Sequence record: SRR2962707_885
Reading direction: 5' to 3' (one strand)
DNA: 39,441 nucleotides
In this document: piece by piece, positions 1-8,710 of the stretch
How the letters are laid out: every line of letters starts with the position of its first letter
Numbering within the stretch: the stretch's first letter is position 1
Translations under genes and position numbers: made by a program
The notes under the pieces: generated by a model
Databases searched by the model: none
What the model saw: only the letters and a program-made list of their open reading frames with translations
Told to the model about the DNA's origin: nothing

Positions 1-22
1 GTGGGAGAGTAAGTCGTTGCCA
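1..22 (+). rRNA. rrf: 3' end of 5S rRNA (partial, truncated by window edge)
   Basis: GTGGGAGAGTAAGTCGTTGCC matches the conserved 3' end of bacterial 5S rRNA (GxGAGAGTAxGxxxxxGCC) and is followed at once by a strong terminator; only ~22 nt visible. Confidence 0.8.
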
Positions 23-32
23 GTTTATTAAC

Positions 33-63
33 AAAGCCCTCTTAGAAATAAGAGGGCTTTTTT
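33..63 (+). terminator. Rho-independent terminator of the rRNA operon
   Basis: Perfect 12-bp stem AAAGCCCTCTTA-GAAA-TAAGAGGGCTTT running into a T-tract. Confidence 0.9.
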
Positions 64-121
64 GTTTTATATAACTTACAAAGCAATAAGTCGTTAAACT
101 CCCTTTAAAATTCAGCATATT

Positions 122-1981
122 GTGATTTGGTGGGTATTTGCTCTTTTCTTGGTTGTTCCTATACTTGTTCATTTATTCGATTTTCGAAGAGCCAAGAGGT
201 TATACTTTTCCTCAATAAAGTTTATCTCTAACCTATCTTCTAAAACAAAATCAACTTCTAAGCTTAAGTATTTAGTAGTCTTAGGTAATCGACTTCTCAT
301 TTTCGGCTGTATTTTATTTTCAATGTGGCATTTAGTGTCTGACAAAGAGATGAAAAGAACCGGGCCAGTTTCTCTCTACTTTGATAATTCTGTAAGCTCA
401 ACAATAAATGATGGAGGAGCCATTCTTTATGATTTGGTACAAGATTTAACGAACCAGAATCAAAAACCTATTCACCTTATTAGTAACACTGACAATCAAA
501 GTATTACAGCAGTCTCTGATTTTGGATTATCATCAAGCTATAGCTCCAAAGCACTTAATAGTGTTTTTGAATATGATATGGCTGAATATGTCAGTAATAA
601 CAATATTTTACTATCTGATTTTCAAAGAGTCAATACCCAAGATTTAGCAAGTGTTCTGATAGATTCGACAAAACAGTATCAAATAATTCTTTTGAATAAG
701 CTGAGTGAGCATCGAAATCTAGCTGTAGATAGTCTATGGTTGCAGACAAATCCAAATGATTTATCTGAACTGACCGTATATGTCAATTTTGTTAAGTACA
801 ATATGTCTAATGGTAGTGTTGTGGTTAAGTTGATGAAAGGGTCAAGACAGTTGAGCTCAGTAGTTAAAGAGCTAGAGGGGTTAGATGTCCTTGAATTTGA
901 TATCCCGATGGATGCCTACGGTCAGTATTCTTTGCAGATTGACGGTGATGAAGTAGCATATGATAATGAGTTCTTTTTTGTAAGGGAGGTAAAGAATAAG
1001 CCGGTTATATCTGTTTTAAATAATAAAGGAGGAAGAGCAATTGAAGAAGTATTCAACAATTCATCCCTTTTTGATACAAAGATTCTAAACACTCAAAATC
1101 TGGATTATGAGCGATTAAATGAATCCGACCTAATTGTGTTTAATAATTTCTCCGAGTTACCAATAAATCTAATTGAGCAGTTTGATGGTAAGTATTTATT
1201 GATATTTCCATCCGATTCAATTGATGTTTTGTCTTATAGTGGTTTAGATGGAATGTCTTTTTCTCAAAATTCAAGTAATCCATTGGAAATTGATATTATC
1301 TCCGGAAATGACTTGATGCGAGGAGTTTTTGATGAAAATACCAAGCCGGGAACCATGCCTCAATTAAACCCTGTTTTTAATGTTATGGGATCTTTTGAAC
1401 CCATTATAAACTTTAGAGATGGAAGTCCATTTCTTTTTTCAAATCAAAAGAATTACATCTTTAATACTTCACTTACTAGTAGTCAAGGTTTTGAGTCCAA
1501 CGCTTTGTTCTTGCCGGTTTTATATCAAATAGCATTTACTTCAGCGGGTGGTATAGAGACACCATATGTTTATCCGGGAAGTAGTCTGAGCTTGGATGTT
1601 CCTGTAACAGATATTCCGATTAAGCTGGTTAGAGAAGTTTTTGAGGTAATTCCAGACTTTAACTCAATTGAATCTAAAACTACCATAAGTATTCCAAACG
1701 ATGTAAAACCGGGAGTTTACCATTTAATTCGTGAAGATGATACTTTGCGTCAGCTAGCTATTAACATTCCCAGGAATGAATCTGTAATGCTTGCTCCGAG
1801 TCTTGAAGATCTAGAGCGAGCTTTTTCGCAATATGATAATGTAACGGTATCTCAGGTTTATGAAGGGGTTGAAAATACAGTGTTTGCATCTTCAGAATCT
1901 GTCGGCTTATGGAAATATGCATTAATTTTGGCGCTACTATTGATTCTTACTGAAACAATGCTGCACCGATTTCTCAAATGA
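122..1981 (+). CDS. BatA-domain (N-terminal double-TM) / vWA-like membrane protein
   Basis: N-terminal VPILVHLFDFRRAKRLYFSSIKF motif, MIDAS-like DNSVS and LLSDFQ, C-terminal TM LWKYALILALLLILTE; GTG start. Confidence 0.75.
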   Translation: MIWWVFALFLVVPILVHLFDFRRAKRLYFSSIKFISNLSSKTKSTSKLKYLVVLGNRLLIFGCILFSMWHLVSDKEMKRTGPVSLYFDNSVSSTINDGGAILYDLVQDLTNQNQKPIHLISNTDNQSITAVSDFGLSSSYSSKALNSVFEYDMAEYVSNNNILLSDFQRVNTQDLASVLIDSTKQYQIILLNKLSEHRNLAVDSLWLQTNPNDLSELTVYVNFVKYNMSNGSVVVKLMKGSRQLSSVVKELEGLDVLEFDIPMDAYGQYSLQIDGDEVAYDNEFFFVREVKNKPVISVLNNKGGRAIEEVFNNSSLFDTKILNTQNLDYERLNESDLIVFNNFSELPINLIEQFDGKYLLIFPSDSIDVLSYSGLDGMSFSQNSSNPLEIDIISGNDLMRGVFDENTKPGTMPQLNPVFNVMGSFEPIINFRDGSPFLFSNQKNYIFNTSLTSSQGFESNALFLPVLYQIAFTSAGGIETPYVYPGSSLSLDVPVTDIPIKLVREVFEVIPDFNSIESKTTISIPNDVKPGVYHLIREDDTLRQLAINIPRNESVMLAPSLEDLERAFSQYDNVTVSQVYEGVENTVFASSESVGLWKYALILALLLILTETMLHRFLK

Positions 1982-3225
1982 GCTTATTGCTGAAGAATGT
2001 ACATGTCTTAGACCTCAACTCACCAGCTCACGCCAAGCAAGTAAACATACTTATTGAAAAAGGGAAGATCACTTCTCTCAAAGGAAAGTCTGCTAAACGG
2101 GAGGTTGATTTAAAGGGAAAAATGATTAGCTGTGGATGGGTGGATCTTAATGCACAGTTTTTTGATCCTGGTAATGAGCATAGAGAAGACATTACGAGCG
2201 GATCGGAAACAGCGAGAGCCGGAGGATTTACTGATGTATGTTTGATTCCTGAGACTTCACCGCCAATTGCCTCTAAGAGTGATGTTAACTATCTAATTAA
2301 GAAGGCACCTGACTATTTGAATATTTATCCCATTGCAGCTGTAAGCGAGGCTCTTAAGGGTGAAAACCTAACTGAGATGCTGGATTTGCATGAAGCGGGA
2401 GCGGTGGCTTTTTCGGAGGGAGATAGGCCTATCTGGAATGCAGAGCTTCTTTTAAAGGCACTTCAGTATACGAATGACATTAATGTACCGGTAATTCAAA
2501 ATCCGCGCGATTTAAATATTGCACAAAACACTCATATGCATGAGGGGAAGGTGAGTACACTGCTAGGCTTAAGAGGTGAGCCTTCATTGTCAGAGGAGGT
2601 CATGATTCAGCGGGACATAGAAATTCTAAAATATAGTGGTGGGAATATTCACTTTAGCAGATTAACAACTGAAGGGGGTGTGGAACTTGTGCGAAAAGCC
2701 AAAAGGAAAGGGCTTGCTGTGACATGTGATGTGGCCATCCATCACTTGCTGTTTACAGAGGATCATATTGGAGATTTTGATACTAACCTTAAGAGCATTC
2801 CACCTTATCGAACCGAGCGGGATAGAAAGGCTTTGATTAAGGGTGTGAAAGACGGGACCATTGATGCTATTTGCTCCAATCACAGGCCTTTAGATCAGGA
2901 ATGCAAACAACTGGAGTTTGATTTAGCTGATCCTGGGAGTACCTCGCTTCAGACTTTTTATTCGTCCCTACTACAAATCTCTTCTGATATCCCTATGGAT
3001 GTATTGATAGAGAGAGTGACTAATGGTCCAAGGAGGATAATAAAAAAGAAGCAGACGAAGATAGATGTGGGCGAAGCAGCCAAGCTTACAGTTTTTGATC
3101 CCGAAAGCACCTGGACTTTGAATGATGAAACGAATAAGTCGAAATCCCGAAATTCTCCATTTTGGAATACCAAGCTGAAAGGCAAAGTTTTAGGAACGAT
3201 TAACGGAACCAGTATAACACTCTAG
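1978..3225 (+). CDS. Dihydroorotase homologue (amidohydrolase fold), probably catalytically inactive PyrC'-like
   Basis: AGGFTDVCLIPET.P, MHEG..S..LGLRG.P, K..PPYR and SKSRNSPF..G motifs of type I DHOase; metal ligands and catalytic Asp substituted. Confidence 0.85.
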   Translation: MSLLLKNVHVLDLNSPAHAKQVNILIEKGKITSLKGKSAKREVDLKGKMISCGWVDLNAQFFDPGNEHREDITSGSETARAGGFTDVCLIPETSPPIASKSDVNYLIKKAPDYLNIYPIAAVSEALKGENLTEMLDLHEAGAVAFSEGDRPIWNAELLLKALQYTNDINVPVIQNPRDLNIAQNTHMHEGKVSTLLGLRGEPSLSEEVMIQRDIEILKYSGGNIHFSRLTTEGGVELVRKAKRKGLAVTCDVAIHHLLFTEDHIGDFDTNLKSIPPYRTERDRKALIKGVKDGTIDAICSNHRPLDQECKQLEFDLADPGSTSLQTFYSSLLQISSDIPMDVLIERVTNGPRRIIKKKQTKIDVGEAAKLTVFDPESTWTLNDETNKSKSRNSPFWNTKLKGKVLGTINGTSITL

Positions 3226-3229
3226 CTCA

Positions 3230-3739
3230 GTGATAAAATCTACTCTCAAATATTCCATTTTATGTGGAATATTCCTTATTGGATTATTCTTCATATCAAT
3301 CAATTTTGGTAGTAATCCACTATTGGACATGCGTCATTTCATCTTTGATCTGGGAGTATTTTTCCTTTTTATCTATTTCAGCGGAAAGGAATTTAAGGAT
3401 TATAGAAACGCTGGCTATTTTCATTTCTGGCAAGGAATAAGTATAGGTTTCATTGTTATAATTCCTGCTGTCTTGATTTTCTCCATTGTTTTTTATGCTG
3501 TTTTTCAAGCTAACCCTGAGTTGATTGAGGCTTATAAGGATGGAGCCAGGGCAATGCTGGTTGATAAAAAGGATTTGTATCTTGAGCGTTTTACTGAAGA
3601 GCAGTATCAACAACAACTTGCCGCTGTGGATGATGAGACAACCCTTCGACTGTTGTTTAGCACCTTTTGGAAGAAAATCATTGCTGGATTTCTTATTACG
3701 CCTGTAGTTGCCATAATTTTAAGAAAAAAACCTAAATAA
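3230..3739 (+). CDS. DUF4199 family membrane protein
   Basis: 4 TM segments, G.FHFWQG motif, basic C-terminus LRKKPK; operonic. Confidence 0.75.
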   Translation: MIKSTLKYSILCGIFLIGLFFISINFGSNPLLDMRHFIFDLGVFFLFIYFSGKEFKDYRNAGYFHFWQGISIGFIVIIPAVLIFSIVFYAVFQANPELIEAYKDGARAMLVDKKDLYLERFTEEQYQQQLAAVDDETTLRLLFSTFWKKIIAGFLITPVVAIILRKKPK

Positions 3740-3742
3740 CTT

Positions 3743-4267
3743 ATGAATAATCACGCAATCAAATCTGGTCTAATTGTAGGAGTTATAGGCATTGTACTAA
3801 CACTTCTAATCTATATCGTAAATGCAGCATTGCTTGTTTCAATGTGGATGTTTGTATTTTTTATAATCTTCATTGGTTTGGTGTGCTACTTTGGAATCCA
3901 GCACAGAAATGAAATTGGAGGTTATATGTCTTTTGGCAAAGCATGGGTATATTCTATGCAAGTACTAATAGCAGCAGGGATACTATCCACAATTTTTAAC
4001 CTTCTTCTTTATAATGTAATTGATCCGGAGTTACCCGCAATGCTGGCAGATCAATCTGTAGAAAATGCTGAATCTATGATGCGAAAGTTTGGTATGCCTG
4101 AAGATCAGATGGATGAGGCTTTGGAAAAAACCAGAACTGACACATTAGATCGCTTTACTGTGTCTGGATCTCTTATGGGTTTTTTATGGGGATTAATTGT
4201 TTATGCAATACTTTCGCTAATAACTGGCGCAATAATCAAAAAGAAAGAACCTGAACTTGAAGGATAA
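3743..4267 (+). CDS. DUF4199 family membrane protein
   Basis: 4 TM segments, GGYMSFGKA and YNVIDP motifs, C-terminal IIKKK. Confidence 0.8.
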   Translation: MNNHAIKSGLIVGVIGIVLTLLIYIVNAALLVSMWMFVFFIIFIGLVCYFGIQHRNEIGGYMSFGKAWVYSMQVLIAAGILSTIFNLLLYNVIDPELPAMLADQSVENAESMMRKFGMPEDQMDEALEKTRTDTLDRFTVSGSLMGFLWGLIVYAILSLITGAIIKKKEPELEG

Positions 4268-5219
4268 AGATTTATCGATAGTTATACCTGTTTATAATGA
4301 GGAAGAATCCATTCCAGAGCTTTTGGAGTGGATTTTTCGCGTTGTAGATGAAAGTAAAATTGAAACTGAAATTTTCTTGATTGATGATGGGAGCACGGAT
4401 CGCTCATGGTCAATTATTCAACAGTATGCTAAGGATGATCAACGTGTGATCGGCCTCAGGTTTAATAGAAACTACGGAAAATCAGCTGCACTACAAACCG
4501 GCTTTGATGAAGCGAAAGGCAGAGTAGTTATGACCATGGATGCAGATATGCAGGATAGTCCGGATGAAATACCTGAGTTGATGAGGATGTTAAGGGATCT
4601 GGATCTTCACATTGTTTCCGGATGGAAAAAGAAGCGTCATGATCCAATCAGCAAAACCATTCCTTCTAAATTGTTTAATTGGGTCACACGAAAAGTATCA
4701 GGAATCGAACTTCATGATTTCAACTGTGGGCTAAAAGCCTACCAAAACGATGTGGTGAAGAACATCCATGTATATGGTGAGATGCACCGATATATTCCTT
4801 TGATAGCTAAATGGAATGGATATAATAGAATCGGCGAGAAGGTAGTGGAGCACAGGGCTCGTAAATATGGAACTACCAAATACGGAATGAAACGCTTTGT
4901 TACCGGCTTTCTCGACTTGCTATCGGTAACATTCGTATCTCGATTTAAGAAGAATCCGATGCATTTTTTCGGGGTTTTTGGAAGTCTCTCTTTCATAGGA
5001 GGTTTTTTTATTACCATTTGGATTATTGGAGAAAAACTCTATCGTCAATATCATCACATGGCCAGAAGGGATGTGGTGGATCAACCGCTATTCTTTCTTG
5101 CTCTGGTTGCTTTAATTGTAGGTATGCAATTGTTTTTGGCTGGCTTTATAGCGGAAATGATGATACAGGTCAGTCAGCGAAAAAGTGATTACCTAGTCTC
5201 AGAGAGAACCAAGGATTGA
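4257..5219 (+). CDS. Glycosyltransferase family 2 (ArnC/DPM-like polyprenol-phosphate glycosyltransferase)
   Basis: SIVIPVYNEEE, DDGSTD, RNYGKSAAL, MDADMQD, GEMHRYIP, two C-terminal TMs. Confidence 0.9.
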   Translation: MKDKDLSIVIPVYNEEESIPELLEWIFRVVDESKIETEIFLIDDGSTDRSWSIIQQYAKDDQRVIGLRFNRNYGKSAALQTGFDEAKGRVVMTMDADMQDSPDEIPELMRMLRDLDLHIVSGWKKKRHDPISKTIPSKLFNWVTRKVSGIELHDFNCGLKAYQNDVVKNIHVYGEMHRYIPLIAKWNGYNRIGEKVVEHRARKYGTTKYGMKRFVTGFLDLLSVTFVSRFKKNPMHFFGVFGSLSFIGGFFITIWIIGEKLYRQYHHMARRDVVDQPLFFLALVALIVGMQLFLAGFIAEMMIQVSQRKSDYLVSERTKD

Positions 5220-6184
5220 TGCCAAAGTACTCGATCATTATTCCCGTATTCAATCGTCCTGATGAAATAGACGAATTGCTGGAAAGCCTGGTGGATCAAA
5301 CGTGTAAGGATTTTGAGGTATTGGTTATTGAAGATGGATCTACTCGAAAGTGCAATGATGTCATTTCTAAATACACAGATTCATTAAATATATCCTATTT
5401 CTACAAGGAAAATTCCGGTCAGGGTTTTAGTCGTAATTATGGTTTTGAGAGAGCCAATGGAGAGTGGTTGATTGTATTTGACTCTGATTGTATCATACCT
5501 ACTGATTACCTTGAGGAGGTAGAGAAATTCCTAAAGACTAATAAAATTGATGCCTTTGGAGGTCCTGACAGGGCTCACAAGGACTTTACCAAGATTCAAA
5601 AGGCAATATCATACTCCATGACCTCTCTGTTTACTACAGGCGGTATTCGGGGTGGAAAGAAGCATGTAGGGATCTTTCACCCCAGGAGCTTTAACATGGG
5701 GATTCACCGAAGGGTTTATGAGAAAACCGGAGGATATATTTTACCGAAAAAAGGGGAGGATATTGAATTCAGTATCCGGATTATTAGAAATGGATTTAAA
5801 ACGGCTCTTATAGATAAGGCGTTTGTCTATCATAAGCGCAGGACGAATTTCCGACAGTTTTATAAACAGCTTCATTTCTTTGGAACTGCAAGAATCAATG
5901 TTTTCCGTTTTTTCAAAAACGAATTAAAACTTGTTCATTTTTTTCCAGCTGTGTTCACTCTCGGGGTAATTATGGGATTGTTTCTAATGGTACTTTTTCC
6001 CTTGCCAGGAAAAGGGTTAATGATCTTATACGGTGTGTATTTTCTTGCTATCTTATTTGATGCAACCATTAAAACGAAAAGCCTGCAAGTGGGCGTGTTA
6101 TCCGTTTGCGCTGCTTTTATTCAGTTAACTGCTTACGGCCTGGGCTTTATAAAGGAAGGCATCATTTACCTAAGAAAAGGTTAG
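5216..6184 (+). CDS. Glycosyltransferase family 2
   Basis: SIIIPVFNR, EDGS, SRNYG, FDSDC, GED motifs, C-terminal TMs; ATG at 5219 is the alternative start. Confidence 0.9.
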   Translation: MMPKYSIIIPVFNRPDEIDELLESLVDQTCKDFEVLVIEDGSTRKCNDVISKYTDSLNISYFYKENSGQGFSRNYGFERANGEWLIVFDSDCIIPTDYLEEVEKFLKTNKIDAFGGPDRAHKDFTKIQKAISYSMTSLFTTGGIRGGKKHVGIFHPRSFNMGIHRRVYEKTGGYILPKKGEDIEFSIRIIRNGFKTALIDKAFVYHKRRTNFRQFYKQLHFFGTARINVFRFFKNELKLVHFFPAVFTLGVIMGLFLMVLFPLPGKGLMILYGVYFLAILFDATIKTKSLQVGVLSVCAAFIQLTAYGLGFIKEGIIYLRKG

Positions 6185-6187
6185 CAC

Positions 6188-6195
6188 TATCTTTG
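6188..6195 (+). promoter_or_regulatory. Bacteroidota -7 promoter element (TAnnTTTG)
   Basis: TATCTTTG, 3 nt upstream of the ATG at 6199. Confidence 0.6.
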
Positions 6196-6198
6196 GGT

Positions 6199-6606
6199 AT
6201 GCAAATCACCCTGACAACACCCGCACTTTTGTTTCCTGCGATTTCCTTGTTGCTTTTGGCTTACACGAACAGATTTCTTGCTATCGCTACGCTAATTCGA
6301 CAGCTACATAGAAGTTACCTCGAGAACCCCAAAAGTGTGGTAGAGGGGCAGTTGAAAAACCTTAGAAAGCGTTTATTTCTTATACGTGCGATGCAGTTGT
6401 TTGGTGTAATGAGTTTGCTGCTGTGTGTGCTCGCCATGTTCTTTATTTACCTTGAGGTAGGGGAATGGGGAAGCGGGATATTTGGAATATCCCTTGTTCT
6501 TCTTTTGCTTTCTTTAATAATTTCTGTTCGTGAAATTCAGCTTTCTACAAAAGCGTTGGATCTTGAGTTGAGTGATATGGAGCTGGGAAGTAAGCTAAAG
6601 TTCTAA
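6199..6606 (+). CDS. DUF2721 family membrane protein
   Basis: LTTPALLFPAISLLLLAYTNRF signature; start moved from 6106 to ATG 6199 because the longer form overlaps the GT2 gene. Confidence 0.85.
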   Translation: MQITLTTPALLFPAISLLLLAYTNRFLAIATLIRQLHRSYLENPKSVVEGQLKNLRKRLFLIRAMQLFGVMSLLLCVLAMFFIYLEVGEWGSGIFGISLVLLLLSLIISVREIQLSTKALDLELSDMELGSKLKF

Positions 6607-6610
6607 TCAC

Positions 6611-6642
6611 AAAAGCGCTCCCGCAAGGTATGCGAGAGGCTT
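6611..6642 (-). terminator. Probable terminator of antiporter gene
   Basis: Minus strand CTCTCGCA-TACCT-TGCGGGAG stem extended by AAGC/GCTT, followed by TTTT. Confidence 0.55.
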
Positions 6643-6694
6643 CTGTATATCCACCAAAAAAGAACTCAACTATGATAACACTACTTATGAAGTC

Positions 6695-7960
6695 TTAGTC
6701 CATCCACTTCATGGGATGCTTATCGTTATAATATTTCATCACCTTGGTGAGGGTAAAGCCTTGATAAAGCACTGAGCAAACCACCACCACGTAAGTCATT
6801 GTTACTATGATTTCCTGACCTGGAAAGTTGGTAAGAGAGAGGGAAACGGCTACTGGCAATCCTCCTCTAAGTGCTCCCCATGATAGCACCGGTATGGTGC
6901 CATCATCAAAGGAGCGACTCATCGACATCAACCTGATGGGTATGAAAACACTTACCCACCGAGCGAATAACGCAAAATTGACTGCAAAAAAACCTAACGC
7001 GAAGTAGTCCAGTCGAAGAGGGATAACCAACATTTCAAAACCAATTAACACAAAAAGCATTGCAGCCAGAGTCTCTTCTAGCAGTTGCCAAAATCTATAT
7101 ACATAACCGCCTACGGCACTTTCGCCTTTCTCATTTCTACCAAAGTTGCCCAGGATTAACCCAGTTGTTACTGCTACCATCATTGAAGACACAGATATGA
7201 GGTCTGCGGCATAGGAACCTCCCATCACCAATGCGAGTGTAACCAACACCTCTACTTCCACCGCATCATTGTCTATATATTTTAGGACGGAATAACCCAT
7301 CCAACCAAAGAAAAGGCCGGCGATAAGTCCACCTCCCAGGTCCCTAATCAAGACCCAAGCTGCGCCTGTAAAATTTAGTGAACCCATGGCGGCCTCTTCT
7401 TTGTAAATATTGACTAGTACGAGCGCCAGAACGATAGCAATACCACCGTTTAAAAGTGCCTCGCCAGATATTTTTGTTTCCAGCTCATTGGACATTCTGA
7501 ATCGCTGGATGGTTTTAGTTATAGCCACCGGATCGGTGGAGGAGATAAGCGCACCAAATACAAGTGATGCGATGTAACTAAGTTCTATTCCAAGTAATCC
7601 TGATGTATAATAAATCAGTGTTGCTATTACAAAAGTGGAAATAAGTACTCCAAAAAAGGAAAGAACCAGTACCGGAATGAGCTGATTGCCCAGTTTCTTA
7701 AAGTCTACATTCAATGCCCCGGCAAAGAGCATGACACTAAGAACAAACCGATAGAGGACTTCAGCGAAATCATATTTTTTTACATGCTCCGCCAGGTGAA
7801 AGTCTGGAAATAGCAAACCAAAAATGAAAACCAAAACCGATAGGGCCAGTGCAAGAATGGTGAGACCTATGGATGATGGAAGTTTTAAATAGAACGTGTT
7901 GACGAAAATGAATACGCCTGAAAAAAAGATGAGTACAGCTATGATGTCGAAGATGCTCAT
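6695..7960 (-). CDS. CPA1 family Na+/H+ antiporter (NhaP/YjcE-like)
   Basis: ~12 TMs, LFAGAL, GALISSTDPVA, GEALLNG and WGALRGG motifs. Confidence 0.9.
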   Translation of the reverse strand: MSIFDIIAVLIFFSGVFIFVNTFYLKLPSSIGLTILALALSVLVFIFGLLFPDFHLAEHVKKYDFAEVLYRFVLSVMLFAGALNVDFKKLGNQLIPVLVLSFFGVLISTFVIATLIYYTSGLLGIELSYIASLVFGALISSTDPVAITKTIQRFRMSNELETKISGEALLNGGIAIVLALVLVNIYKEEAAMGSLNFTGAAWVLIRDLGGGLIAGLFFGWMGYSVLKYIDNDAVEVEVLVTLALVMGGSYAADLISVSSMMVAVTTGLILGNFGRNEKGESAVGGYVYRFWQLLEETLAAMLFVLIGFEMLVIPLRLDYFALGFFAVNFALFARWVSVFIPIRLMSMSRSFDDGTIPVLSWGALRGGLPVAVSLSLTNFPGQEIIVTMTYVVVVCSVLYQGFTLTKVMKYYNDKHPMKWMD

Positions 7961-7981
7961 GACTATCTTGTTTTAGAATGT

Positions 7982-7989
7982 CAAATTTA
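7982..7989 (-). promoter_or_regulatory. Bacteroidota -7 promoter element for antiporter
   Basis: TAAATTTG on minus strand, 21 nt upstream of the start codon. Confidence 0.6.
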
Positions 7990-8060
7990 GGACGTAGGTA
8001 AATTGCCTGACCTCTGAAAATTATTGTATAATCTTTTCAGAATATATCAGGAAGCGCCTG

Positions 8061-8077
8061 TCCGTATTTTTACTGAT
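8061..8077. promoter_or_regulatory. Putative NarL/LuxR-type operator, copy 1
   Basis: TCCGTA-TTTT-TACTGA imperfect palindrome; 16/17 identical to the reverse complement of 10466-10482. Confidence 0.5.
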
Positions 8078-8080
8078 GGG

Positions 8081-8710
8081 TTAAATCAACTTCAAATGAG
8101 CAGCCTTTTTTATGAGCTCCGCAGTATTCTGCACTTTCAGCTTTTTCATCATGTTTACCCGGTGAGTTTCCACTGTTCGCGCACTTACAAATAGTTGATC
8201 TGCGATTTCCTTGGTTGTCTGTCCTTCTGAGACTAATGTCAGAACCTCCATTTCACGATCAGATAGTTTTTTGTGGGACTCACCTTCAATGGCCATGTTG
8301 CCAATCATAAGCTGGGATATCTCATCATTGAAGTGTTTTTTTCCATCCGCAACATTCTTAATGGCCTGAATCAATTCGTTTTCATCGGCGTTTTTGATGA
8401 GGTAACCGAAGGCGCCATTTCTTACTGCTTTTACCACATACTGCCCCTCGGCATGCATGGTAAGCACAATGAATCGCACGTTCGGATACTTTTCGCGGGC
8501 ATCCTCTATCGCTTCCAGTCCATTCATTCCAGGCATGGTAATATCAATCAGGACGATGTGGGGATCGGTACTGGCCAGCAAGCCAAATAGGTTTTCCGCG
8601 GATGAAGCCTCACCCACAACCTCCAGATCCTCATTTTTGTCAAGGAGAGATATAATGCCTTCTCTGAATAACTGGTGGTCATCTACTACTATAACTCTAA
8701 TCTTACTCAT
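8081..8710 (-). CDS. NarL/FixJ family response regulator (REC + LuxR HTH)
   Basis: VVDDH, LIDITMP, LTMH, GYLIK; LSDREMEVL...TTKEIADQLFVSARTVETHR. Confidence 0.95.
   Translation of the reverse strand: MSKIRVIVVDDHQLFREGIISLLDKNEDLEVVGEASSAENLFGLLASTDPHIVLIDITMPGMNGLEAIEDAREKYPNVRFIVLTMHAEGQYVVKAVRNGAFGYLIKNADENELIQAIKNVADGKKHFNDEISQLMIGNMAIEGESHKKLSDREMEVLTLVSEGQTTKEIADQLFVSARTVETHRVNMMKKLKVQNTAELIKKAAHLKLI

Noticed and set aside
122-1981. AT-rich composition of the BatA-domain gene as a sign of horizontal transfer
   Set aside because: It overlaps the next gene in an ordinary operon and has no mobility marks. This also shows low GC alone is weak evidence in this genome, including for the nuclease gene
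6106-6198. N-terminal extension of the DUF2721 ORF
   Set aside because: Overlaps the GT2 gene; family signature and promoter point to ATG 6199
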